From the NCBI GenBank assembly GCA_963819735.1, contig CAWFXC010000005.1:556460-620459 (forward strand): a stretch of DNA of 64,000 nucleotides, read 5' to 3'. Source of the DNA: an uncultured Actinomycetes bacterium. Its GTDB lineage: Bacteria > Actinomycetota > Acidimicrobiia > IMCC26256 > DASPTH01. The notes beneath the pieces were generated by a model. That model saw nothing but the letters and a program-made list of their open reading frames with translations, ran no database searches and was not told the DNA's origin. The translations under genes and the position numbers were made by a program. This document shows, one piece after another, positions 23,501 to 30,964 of this stretch (its first letter is position 1; every line of letters begins with the position of its first letter).

Positions 23501-24019
23501 ATGGCGATCTACACGCTCGGGGATTCCGAGCCCCGGATCCATCCGGACGCGTACGTGCACCCGGATGCGACCGTGATCGGCAACGTCACCATCGGCGCGG
23601 ATGCAACGATCTGGCCCCAGACCGTCCTCCGCGGCGACTACGGCTTCATCGAGATCGGTGCGCGCACCTCGATCCAGGACGGGTCCGTCGTGCACACCAC
23701 CGCGGCGTTCCCGACGCTCGTCGGGGCCGACTGCGTGGTGGGGCACCTGGCCCACCTCGAGTGCTGCACCATCCACGACGGCGCCCTCGTCGGCACCGGC
23801 TCGATCGTCCTGCACCAGGCGGTGGTGGAGACGGGAGCGCTGGTGGGCGCGGGCGCGGTGGTGCCGAACGGCATGCTCGTGCCGAGCGGCGCGATGGCGC
23901 TCGGGGTGCCGGCGAAACTGCGGCTCGACGCTGTCGACAACGCGGAGATCACCCGCATCGTCGGCCTCTACGTCGGAAACGCGACCCGTTACCGCGCCGA
24001 GCTCCGTCGGCTCGAGTAA
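23501..24019 (+). CDS. gamma-class carbonic anhydrase family protein (left-handed beta-helix; PaaY/YrdA-like)
   Basis: Hexapeptide repeats and a conserved His triad region (HPDAYVHPDATVIG...HLAHLEC). Length is 172 aa. Confidence 0.9.
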   Translation: MAIYTLGDSEPRIHPDAYVHPDATVIGNVTIGADATIWPQTVLRGDYGFIEIGARTSIQDGSVVHTTAAFPTLVGADCVVGHLAHLECCTIHDGALVGTGSIVLHQAVVETGALVGAGAVVPNGMLVPSGAMALGVPAKLRLDAVDNAEITRIVGLYVGNATRYRAELRRLE

Positions 24020-24044
24020 GTGCTCGGCCCGTTGCCGGCGCGTC

Positions 24045-25349
24045 CTACCCCTTGACGTACGCGAATTTCTCCGCCACCAGACCGTCGCGCACCCGGATCA
24101 CGTCGACGCCGCGCAGCTCGCTCGTGGTGCCGTCGTCGTTGGTCCAGGTGTAGAGCCACTGCACGACGCACCGGTCGCCGGTGGCGATCACGTCCTCGCT
24201 CGCGAAGTGCGCGCTCGGCGACGCAGCGAAGAAGTCCTTCCACGCCTGGCGCACCGCGTCCTGACCCTCGAACCGTTCACCGTGCGGCGGCGACGTGCTC
24301 TCGAACACGCAGTCGTCGGTCATCGCCGCCATCACCGCGTCGACGTCGTGGCGGTTGAACGCCTCGTTGAAGCGATCGACCGCGGCGAGCGTGGCCGTCG
24401 TGCCTTCTGCCATCGGGGGCTCCTCGTGGTCGCGTCGGCGGTTGGGGTCGTAGAGGTCGGGTTCGATGAAGATCGATCTCGCGATGGGTGTCGAGGTTCG
24501 CACACGCGCCTCGACCGTGTCGATCGCGCGCGCCAGCGCGGGGATCGTGTCGCACGCGAATTCGAGTTTGGTCGCGAGCAGCACGTCGTCGGGGCCGAGG
24601 TGCAGCGTGCGCAGGTGGATGACGCGCGTCACTTCGGTGCCGTCGAGGATCGCGGCGCGGATCCGTTCCTCGACGATCGGTGACACCGCCTCGCCGATCA
24701 GCAGACTCTTCATCTCGATGGCGAGGACCACGGCGATCACGCCGAGCAGCAGCCCGATGCCGATGCTCCCCATCGCGTCCCACCGCGGGTTCCCCGTGAT
24801 CTCGGCCAGGCTGATGCCGACGAACGCGAACACCAAGCCGACGAGCGCGCCGGAATCCTCCAGCAACACGACCGGGAGCTCGGGACTCTTGGTGGTGTGG
24901 ATGAACTTCCACCACGATCGCCCGCGGCACGTCGGGTTCGCCTCGCGCAGCGCGGTCCGGAACGAGAGTCCCTCGAGCACGATCGCGATGCCGAGCACCG
25001 CGAACGCCACGATCGGTGAGTCGAGATCCTTCGGGTGGATGAGCTTCTCGACGCCTTCGTAGAGCGCGAACATCGAACCGAGGGTGAACAGCACGAGGGC
25101 GACGATGAACGCCCAGAAGTAGCGCTCGGTCCCGAAGCCGAACGGGTGCTCGTCGGTGGGAGCCTTGCGGCTGCGCTTCCCGCCGAGGAACAACAACCCC
25201 TGGTTCCCGGTGTCGGCCACCGAATGGATCGACTCCGCCAGCATCGACGCCGATCCCGTGATCGCGAACGCGGCGAACTTCGACACTGCGATCCCGAGGT
25301 TGGCGAGGAAGGCGGCGATGATCGCCCGCCGGGTCCCTTCAGCCGACAT
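24045..25349 (-). CDS. cation diffusion facilitator (CDF) family transporter with an in-frame C-terminal SnoaL/NTF2-like domain
   Basis: ATG at 25349 gives MSAEGTRRAIIAAF.... There are six TMs with HSVADTGNQ and HLGPDD motifs, then a cytoplasmic C-terminal domain. No stop occurs before a 122-aa NTF2/SnoaL-like segment (MAEGTTATLAAVDRFNEAFNRHDVDAV...), which has its own internal ATG at 24413. Confidence 0.6.
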   Translation of the reverse strand: MSAEGTRRAIIAAFLANLGIAVSKFAAFAITGSASMLAESIHSVADTGNQGLLFLGGKRSRKAPTDEHPFGFGTERYFWAFIVALVLFTLGSMFALYEGVEKLIHPKDLDSPIVAFAVLGIAIVLEGLSFRTALREANPTCRGRSWWKFIHTTKSPELPVVLLEDSGALVGLVFAFVGISLAEITGNPRWDAMGSIGIGLLLGVIAVVLAIEMKSLLIGEAVSPIVEERIRAAILDGTEVTRVIHLRTLHLGPDDVLLATKLEFACDTIPALARAIDTVEARVRTSTPIARSIFIEPDLYDPNRRRDHEEPPMAEGTTATLAAVDRFNEAFNRHDVDAVMAAMTDDCVFESTSPPHGERFEGQDAVRQAWKDFFAASPSAHFASEDVIATGDRCVVQWLYTWTNDDGTTSELRGVDVIRVRDGLVAEKFAYVKG

Positions 25350-26091
25350 CGACGTTGCGGACCGCCCACACTGCGCTCGTCGGGACCCGGATGACGGTTT
25401 GGTCGTCGACGGTCGGCCCGATGCCGACACCGACGCCGATGCGCAGGGTGGCGGCGCCGCGTTCGTAGCCGTGGAACACGCCGCAAACCTCGAGCGGCTC
25501 GCCCGCGGGGTCGCGGTACGACACCGCGAGGACCCGGCCCTTGCCGAGCCGCAGCCGTTCGTCCCAGCCGTAGTGCATCCGGCCGTCAGGCCCGACACGC
25601 GGCGGCCGGGCCACGTGCACGCCGTGGTCGCGGTACGAGGCGGCCAGGACCGCCGCCCGGTCGGCCCCGCAGAACTCGCCGATGGCGTCGAGCAGTACCC
25701 GCGCGAACGTGCGCCCGTGGTGCGGGAGGCCGGAGTCGATCCCGAGGGCCCAGTGTGTGAGCTCGTGGAGGACGACCGCCTTCGTGCGGTACCGACGGGG
25801 CAGCGTGATGGTGGCGCCGGTCTCCTCCTCGCGGTAGAAGGCCTGACGCGCGCCCTGCCCCGGGCGCATGCGCGGGACGGATCCGAGCCCGTGGTCGGGG
25901 AAGCGTTCGTGCCACCACAACGTGCCGACGACGCGGTCGGCGAACCGCGCGCACGCATCGAGACCGGCGAGCGGACTCGACGGCAGCGGTGTCTCGGCCA
26001 GGTACACGCGGCGTCGTTGGGCGTCGCGCGGGCGGCGCCGGGGTGCCGACGCGGCGGCTGCAGGGGTGGGGGAGTTCGATGCCGCGTCCAC
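25339..26091 (-). CDS. HExxH-motif putative zinc metallohydrolase
   Basis: The 250-aa product carries VLHELTHWALGIDSGLPHHGRTF (HExxH plus a downstream His). It overlaps the CDF start by 11 bp. It is the real content of the N-terminal half of the six-frame ORF 24045..26195. Confidence 0.65.
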   Translation of the reverse strand: MDAASNSPTPAAAASAPRRRPRDAQRRRVYLAETPLPSSPLAGLDACARFADRVVGTLWWHERFPDHGLGSVPRMRPGQGARQAFYREEETGATITLPRRYRTKAVVLHELTHWALGIDSGLPHHGRTFARVLLDAIGEFCGADRAAVLAASYRDHGVHVARPPRVGPDGRMHYGWDERLRLGKGRVLAVSYRDPAGEPLEVCGVFHGYERGAATLRIGVGVGIGPTVDDQTVIRVPTSAVWAVRNVDVG

Positions 26092-26182
26092 GGTGCCACG
26101 CTACGCTCGCCGGAGTGCTCTCTTCGCGCAAGTCGAACCGCGCGCCTTGGACCGGACCGCGGACCGCGCTGCGGACCGAGTC

Positions 26183-27136
26183 GTGACGGCTGCATCTCCG
26201 GACGCGGCCCAGTCCACCGGAACGGGCGAATCCGTCGTCGAGATCGTCGGGCTGTCGAAGCGGTTCTCGTCGGCGGTGCTCGCAGTCGACAATCTCAGCT
26301 TCACCGTCGAACGCGGGCAGGTGTGCGGCCTGCTCGGGCCGAACGGCGCGGGGAAGACCACCTGCCTCCGCATGCTGCTCGGCCTGATCCGGCCGACGGC
26401 GGGCGAGACCCGCTTGTTCGGCGAGCAGGTCCGGCCCGGGAGCGTGCAGCTCCGGCACGTCGGCGCGCTGATCGAGTCGTCGGCGTTCGTGCCCCACCTC
26501 TCGGGGATGCGCAACCTGCGCATGTGGTGGGAGGAAGGCGGCGCGCGGTGGCGCGACGCCAACATCGACGAAGCGCTCGCCATCGCCGATCTCGACACCG
26601 CGATCGACCGCAAGGTGAAGACGTACTCGCAGGGCATGCGCCAGCGCCTCGGGTTGGCGCGGGTGCTGCTCGGCAAGCCGGAGATCCTGGTGCTCGACGA
26701 GCCCACCAACGGGCTCGACCCGCAGGAGATGCGCGAGGTCCGCCAACTCGTGCACCGCGTTGCCGACGCCGGCGCGACCGTGCTCTTCTCGAGCCACGTG
26801 CTCGCCGAAGTCGAGCAGACGTGCACCCACGCGGTCGTGATGGACCGCGGCAAGTTCGTCGCCGGTGGATCGGTGGCCGCGCTCATCGGTACGTCGGGTT
26901 CGGTCTACCTCGAGGTGAGCAACATCGCGCGGGCGCAGGCCGTGCTGGCCGATCTGCCGTTCGTGGTTGCGGTCACGCCCGAGCCCCCAGGCCTGTCGGT
27001 CGAGCTGCAGGATCACAGCTCCCGCGCTGCGATGGTGAAAGCGCTGGTCGACGCCGAGATCGGCGTCGACACGGTGATGTTGCGCCGCCGGCTCGAGGAC
27101 GCGTTCCTCGGCCTCGTGGATGCCGAGCGCGCGTGA
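26183..27136 (+). CDS. ABC transporter ATP-binding protein (ABC-2 exporter type)
   Basis: Walker A (GPNGAGKTT), ABC signature (YSQGMRQRL), Walker B (LVLDEPTNGLD), and H-loop. GTG at 26183 lies 18 aa before the conserved N-terminal beta-strand. The longer ORF would overlap the divergent metallohydrolase. Confidence 0.85.
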   Translation: MTAASPDAAQSTGTGESVVEIVGLSKRFSSAVLAVDNLSFTVERGQVCGLLGPNGAGKTTCLRMLLGLIRPTAGETRLFGEQVRPGSVQLRHVGALIESSAFVPHLSGMRNLRMWWEEGGARWRDANIDEALAIADLDTAIDRKVKTYSQGMRQRLGLARVLLGKPEILVLDEPTNGLDPQEMREVRQLVHRVADAGATVLFSSHVLAEVEQTCTHAVVMDRGKFVAGGSVAALIGTSGSVYLEVSNIARAQAVLADLPFVVAVTPEPPGLSVELQDHSSRAAMVKALVDAEIGVDTVMLRRRLEDAFLGLVDAERA

Positions 27137-27963
27137 CTGCACTGCTGCGGGTCGAGCTCTTCAAGGCGCTCAAGCGGCTGCGCACGTACGTGGCGTTCGC
27201 GATCGTGATCGCCATCCCGGTGATCATGACCATCGCGATCAACGCCAACCCGCCCGATGCGCGCGGTGGGGGCAACGGGCCCGGCGGTGGTCTCTTCTTC
27301 CTGTCGACGCAGACCGGCCTGATCATGCCCGCGGCGGCGCTGCGGCTCATGAGCGGGTTCCTGCTCGTGATCATCGTGGCGGTGTTCGGGGGCGACGCGA
27401 TCGCCGGCGAAGCATCGTGGGGCAACCTGCGTTACCTGTTGATGCGACCGATCGGTCGCATCCGGCTGGTGGCCACCAAGTTCGTGGTGGCGGTGATCTG
27501 CGCGTGGATCGCCACCGTGCTGGTGGTGGTCGCGGGCGCGGTCGCCGGTGGCATCGCGTTCGGCATCCACGGGCTCGACATCCCGATCTTCACGTCGCTC
27601 TCGCAGTCGTCCGGCGAGCTGATCGGCCACCTCGGTATTGCGACGGCCTACGTGGCGTGGAGCCTCACCGGCGTCGTCGCGTTCTCGTTCCTGGTGTCGT
27701 GCCTCACCGACGCGCCCGCGGGGGCGATCTTCGCCGGCGTCGGCCTCTACATCACGTCGACGATCCTCGACGCCATCGACTCGGTGCCCAGCGGCATCCG
27801 CAAGGTGCTGCCCACGCACTACTTCGACTCGTGGGTCGACATGTTCACGCACAACCACGTGAGTGGCGACATGACCAAGGGCGTGTTCCTGCAACTGGCC
27901 TACGTCGTCGTGTTCATGGCCATCGCGCTCTGGTACTTCCGCCGGAAAGACATCCTGAGCTGA
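27133..27963 (+). CDS. ABC-2 family transporter permease
   Basis: The 276-aa product has six predicted TM helices. Its GTG overlaps the ATPase stop as GTGA at 27133-27136. Confidence 0.8.
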   Translation: MTALLRVELFKALKRLRTYVAFAIVIAIPVIMTIAINANPPDARGGGNGPGGGLFFLSTQTGLIMPAAALRLMSGFLLVIIVAVFGGDAIAGEASWGNLRYLLMRPIGRIRLVATKFVVAVICAWIATVLVVVAGAVAGGIAFGIHGLDIPIFTSLSQSSGELIGHLGIATAYVAWSLTGVVAFSFLVSCLTDAPAGAIFAGVGLYITSTILDAIDSVPSGIRKVLPTHYFDSWVDMFTHNHVSGDMTKGVFLQLAYVVVFMAIALWYFRRKDILS

Positions 27964-28610
27964 TGGCGGATTGGTCGACGATCGCGTCGATGTCGACCGC
28001 AGTCGGCACCTTGGTGCTCGCGTTCGCCACGTTCTCGGCGACGCGCTCGTCGAACCGGTCGGCGCGCATCGCGGAACGGGCTTTGGAGGCGGGCCTCCGA
28101 CCCGTCCTCGTGCCGTCGCGCCTCGAAGACCCGCCCGAGAAGCTCATGTGGGTCGACCGGCACTGGACGACGGTGGCCGGCGGCCGCGCCGCGGTCGAGC
28201 TGGGCGACGACGCGGTGTACCTGGCGATGTCATTGCGCAACGTGGGGACCGGTATGGCCGTGATTCACGGGTGGTGCGGCTTTCCGTCGATCATCCTCTC
28301 GATGACCGAGCATTCGCCCCCGGAGAACTTCCGGCCGCAGACGCGCGACCTCTACGTGCCGCCGGGCGACACGAGCTTCTGGCAGGGTGCGTTCCGGGGC
28401 GACGAGCCCGAACGGCTGCCAATGGTCGACGTGATCGAACGGCGCGAAGCGTTCACGGTGGAGCTGCTCTACGGCGATCACGAAGGCGGGCAGCGCACGA
28501 TCAGCCGGTTCACGCTGGTCCCGCGCGGCGACACGTCGAAGCCCGACCCCGACTCTTGGCTGGTCACCGTCTCACGGCACTGGAACCTCGACCGCCCCGA
28601 TCCGCGCTAG
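27963..28610 (+). CDS. hypothetical membrane-anchored protein co-transcribed with the ABC-2 exporter
   Basis: ATG overlaps the permease stop (TGATG). The product has an N-terminal TM (STIASMSTAVGTLVLAFATF) and a roughly 180-aa soluble domain of unknown family. Confidence 0.6.
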   Translation: MADWSTIASMSTAVGTLVLAFATFSATRSSNRSARIAERALEAGLRPVLVPSRLEDPPEKLMWVDRHWTTVAGGRAAVELGDDAVYLAMSLRNVGTGMAVIHGWCGFPSIILSMTEHSPPENFRPQTRDLYVPPGDTSFWQGAFRGDEPERLPMVDVIERREAFTVELLYGDHEGGQRTISRFTLVPRGDTSKPDPDSWLVTVSRHWNLDRPDPR

Positions 28611-29537
28611 CCGAGCTCCGGAAGGTCCTGGTCCTCGGCGAGGCTGCCCGCGTAGAGGTCGCCGTGCTCCTCGACCCGCTGGAGCACGCGGAGCGGATCG
28701 AAGACCAACGAAGACGCATCACCGGAGTCGACCGCGGTCGTGAGCTCGTCCCACGACACCGGGGTCGACACGCCGGGCGTGGGCGTGGCCCGCAACGAGT
28801 ACGCGCACACGGTCGTCTTGTGCCGGTCGTTCTGGCTCCAGTCGACGAAGACCTTCCCCCGCCGCTGATCGCGCGCCATGGTCACGGTGACGCGCTCTGG
28901 CTCGCGCGACTCGAGGACGCGGCCGAGGGCCTGCGCGAACGCCTTGGTGGTTTCCGCGTCGACCGACGGCCGGATGCCCACCGAGAGGTGCAGACCCTTC
29001 GAGCCCGACGTCTTGGCCACTGCGGTGAGGCCGAGCTGGGCCAGCAGCTCGTGGAGATCGAGGGCGACGCGGCGCGCAGTCGACGAGGTCGGCGCCGGGG
29101 CCGGGATCGAGGTCGAACACGATCGCGGTGGGGTGCCACGGATCGTCGGCGCGGGCCTGCGGGGTGTGCAGCTCCAGCGCCGCCAGGTTGGCGGTCCACA
29201 CGAGGCTGGGCACCTCGTCGATGGAGCAGGCGGCGATGTCGGAGTCGGCGTCGAGCGGAACCGTTGGGAGCCACTCGGGCCGGTGGCGCGGGCAGCGCTT
29301 CTCGAAGAACCGTTCGCCCTCGACCCCGTCGGGGAGGCGCAGCATCGTGACCGGGCGGCCCCGGAGGTGGGGGAGCGCCGCCGGCGCGATCCGGGTGTAG
29401 TAGTCGACGACCTGACCTTTGGTGAAGCCCGTCGCCGGGTAGAGCACCTTGTCGAGATTGGTGACCCGCAGCCGCCGGCCGCCGACGACAACCTCGATGG
29501 GGGTGCCACCCCCCGTACTCTTGGACCGCGACGCCAC
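28607..29537 (-). pseudogene. LigD polymerase/primase domain (stand-alone NHEJ PolDom), reading frame broken about 29068-29076
   Basis: N-terminal 155 aa (MASRSKSTGGGTPIEVVVGGRRLRVTNLDKVLYP...FDLDPGPGADLVDCA) are in one frame. The remainder (RVALDLHELLAQLGLTAVAKTSGSKGLHLSVG...DWSQNDRHKTT...) is in the +1 frame. An extra G/C in gcgccgcg explains the break. Confidence 0.75.
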
Positions 29538-29584
29538 GACCTGCGAAGGTAGTAGGAGCAGGCCACGACCTCGGGAGCATCGAC

Positions 29585-30571
29585 TTGCCCAGTGCCATTT
29601 GGACGGGATCCATCAGCTTCGGGCTGGTGACGGTACCGGTACGGCTGGTCTCCGCCACCCGTTCGCAGGACGTCCGTTTCAATCAACTCGAGGCCGAGAC
29701 CGGTGCCCGCATCCGATATCGCCGGGTGTCGGAGCAGACGGGCGAAGAGGTCCCGAACGATCAGATCGTGAAGGGATACGACCTCGGCGGCGGCCAGTAC
29801 GTCGTGCTCGACAACGACGAGTTGGCCGCGCTCAAGCCCAAGTCCAGCCGCCAGATCGAGATCGAGGACTTCGTCGACCTCTCCGAGATCGACCCCGTCT
29901 ACTTCGAGCAGCCCTACTACCTGGTGCCCGACCAGGACTCCGCCAAGGCCTACCGACTCCTCGCCGAGGTGATGACGGAGGAGAACAAGGTGGCGATCGG
30001 CCGGTTCGTGCTGCGGTCGAAGGAAGCGTTGGTGGCGATCCGCCCGGTCGACGGCGCGCTGTGCCTGGAGACGATGCGCTACGCCGACGAGGTGCTCGCG
30101 CCCGGGGGTGAGGCGGGGGTACCCGAGCCCGGAGCCGCGCCGACCGAACGCGAGCTCGACATGGCGCGCCAACTCGTGGAGACGTTGTCGGGGCACTTCG
30201 ATCCCGAGAAGTACCGCGACGAGTACCGCGACGAGGTGCTGGCCCTGATCGACCGCAAGGCCGCCGGCGAGGAGATCATCGCCCCGGCCGCGCCGGAGGA
30301 GCCGGCCAAGGTGCTCGACCTCATGGCCGCGCTCGAAGCCAGCTTGGCCCGCACCGGCGCCAAGCAGTCGGCGAGCGGTGCGGCGGATGACGACGAGACC
30401 GACGCGGCCGACGAGCCGAGGCCGACGGCGAAGCGCGCCGGCGCCACCAAGAAGGCGGCGGCCAAGAAGGCACCGGCGAAGAAGGCGGCGGCCAAGAGCA
30501 CGAGGAAGACGGCGGCGAAGAAGACCGCGACCGGTCAGACCGCCGCCAAGCGGGTCCGCAAGTCGGCCTGA
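29585..30571 (+). CDS. ku: Ku protein (non-homologous end joining) with lysine-rich C-terminal tail
   Basis: AIWTGSISFGLVTVPVRL is the Ku core. The start is TTG at 29585. The C-terminal tail is KRAGATKKAAAKKAPAKKAAAKSTRKTAAKK. It is divergent from the PolDom gene, 48 bp away. Confidence 0.9.
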   Translation: MPSAIWTGSISFGLVTVPVRLVSATRSQDVRFNQLEAETGARIRYRRVSEQTGEEVPNDQIVKGYDLGGGQYVVLDNDELAALKPKSSRQIEIEDFVDLSEIDPVYFEQPYYLVPDQDSAKAYRLLAEVMTEENKVAIGRFVLRSKEALVAIRPVDGALCLETMRYADEVLAPGGEAGVPEPGAAPTERELDMARQLVETLSGHFDPEKYRDEYRDEVLALIDRKAAGEEIIAPAAPEEPAKVLDLMAALEASLARTGAKQSASGAADDDETDAADEPRPTAKRAGATKKAAAKKAPAKKAAAKSTRKTAAKKTATGQTAAKRVRKSA

Positions 30572-30596
30572 CCCGGCCGAAGGGGGAATGGCCTCG

Positions 30597-30812
30597 CTAC
30601 GACGCCCGGCGCTCCGGCATGGCAACGGCCGGGCGGGCGCGGCGGCGCCGGACGAGCGGCAGCGGCACCGGGGCGGCCAGGAACTCGGGGTGATCGTCCT
30701 CCAACCAGCCGCAGTCGCAGACCACGAGATCCGCGGCGTCGAGGGTGAGATCGGCGGAGGGGCGGAACCCGCTGCACGGCTCGTAGCGCATCGAATCGGA
30801 CGTGGGACTCAT
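30597..30812 (-). CDS. small hypothetical Cys-containing protein (71 aa)
   Basis: The ATG is preceded by an AAAGGA SD-like sequence about 9 nt upstream. Cys residues are arranged C...CDC. It lies downstream of the flotillin gene on the same strand. No homology was recognised. Confidence 0.3.
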   Translation of the reverse strand: MSPTSDSMRYEPCSGFRPSADLTLDAADLVVCDCGWLEDDHPEFLAAPVPLPLVRRRRARPAVAMPERRAS

Positions 30813-30964
30813 GGCGGCGATCCTTTCCGTTCCTCGAGCGACGACCCTGTGGACAATGGCCCCGGAATCACACTCGTGTAACTCGTGTGGTCAATGTAAC
30901 GGTTGTGGCTGCTGATCAGGTGGAACTCCACCCACCACACCCTCGCACCGAGGTATGACACTCA

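Noticed and set aside
24045-24413. SnoaL/NTF2-like domain as an independent gene
   Set aside because: Not rejected outright. Because no stop separates it from the CDF frame, it is reported as a C-terminal domain of the CDF with a possible internal start rather than as a separate feature.
24045-26195. 716-aa minus-strand ORF as a single protein
   Set aside because: The N-terminal 280 aa are antisense to the metallohydrolase and ABC region and are Arg/Ser/Thr/Pro-rich. The real product starts at ATG 25349. The upstream 25339..26091 is a separate HExxH gene in another frame.
28607-30625. 672-aa minus-strand ORF covering the Ku region
   Set aside because: Its N-terminal two-thirds are antisense to Ku (Arg/Gly-rich). 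Only the C-terminal 155 codons are the second half of the frameshifted LigD PolDom.
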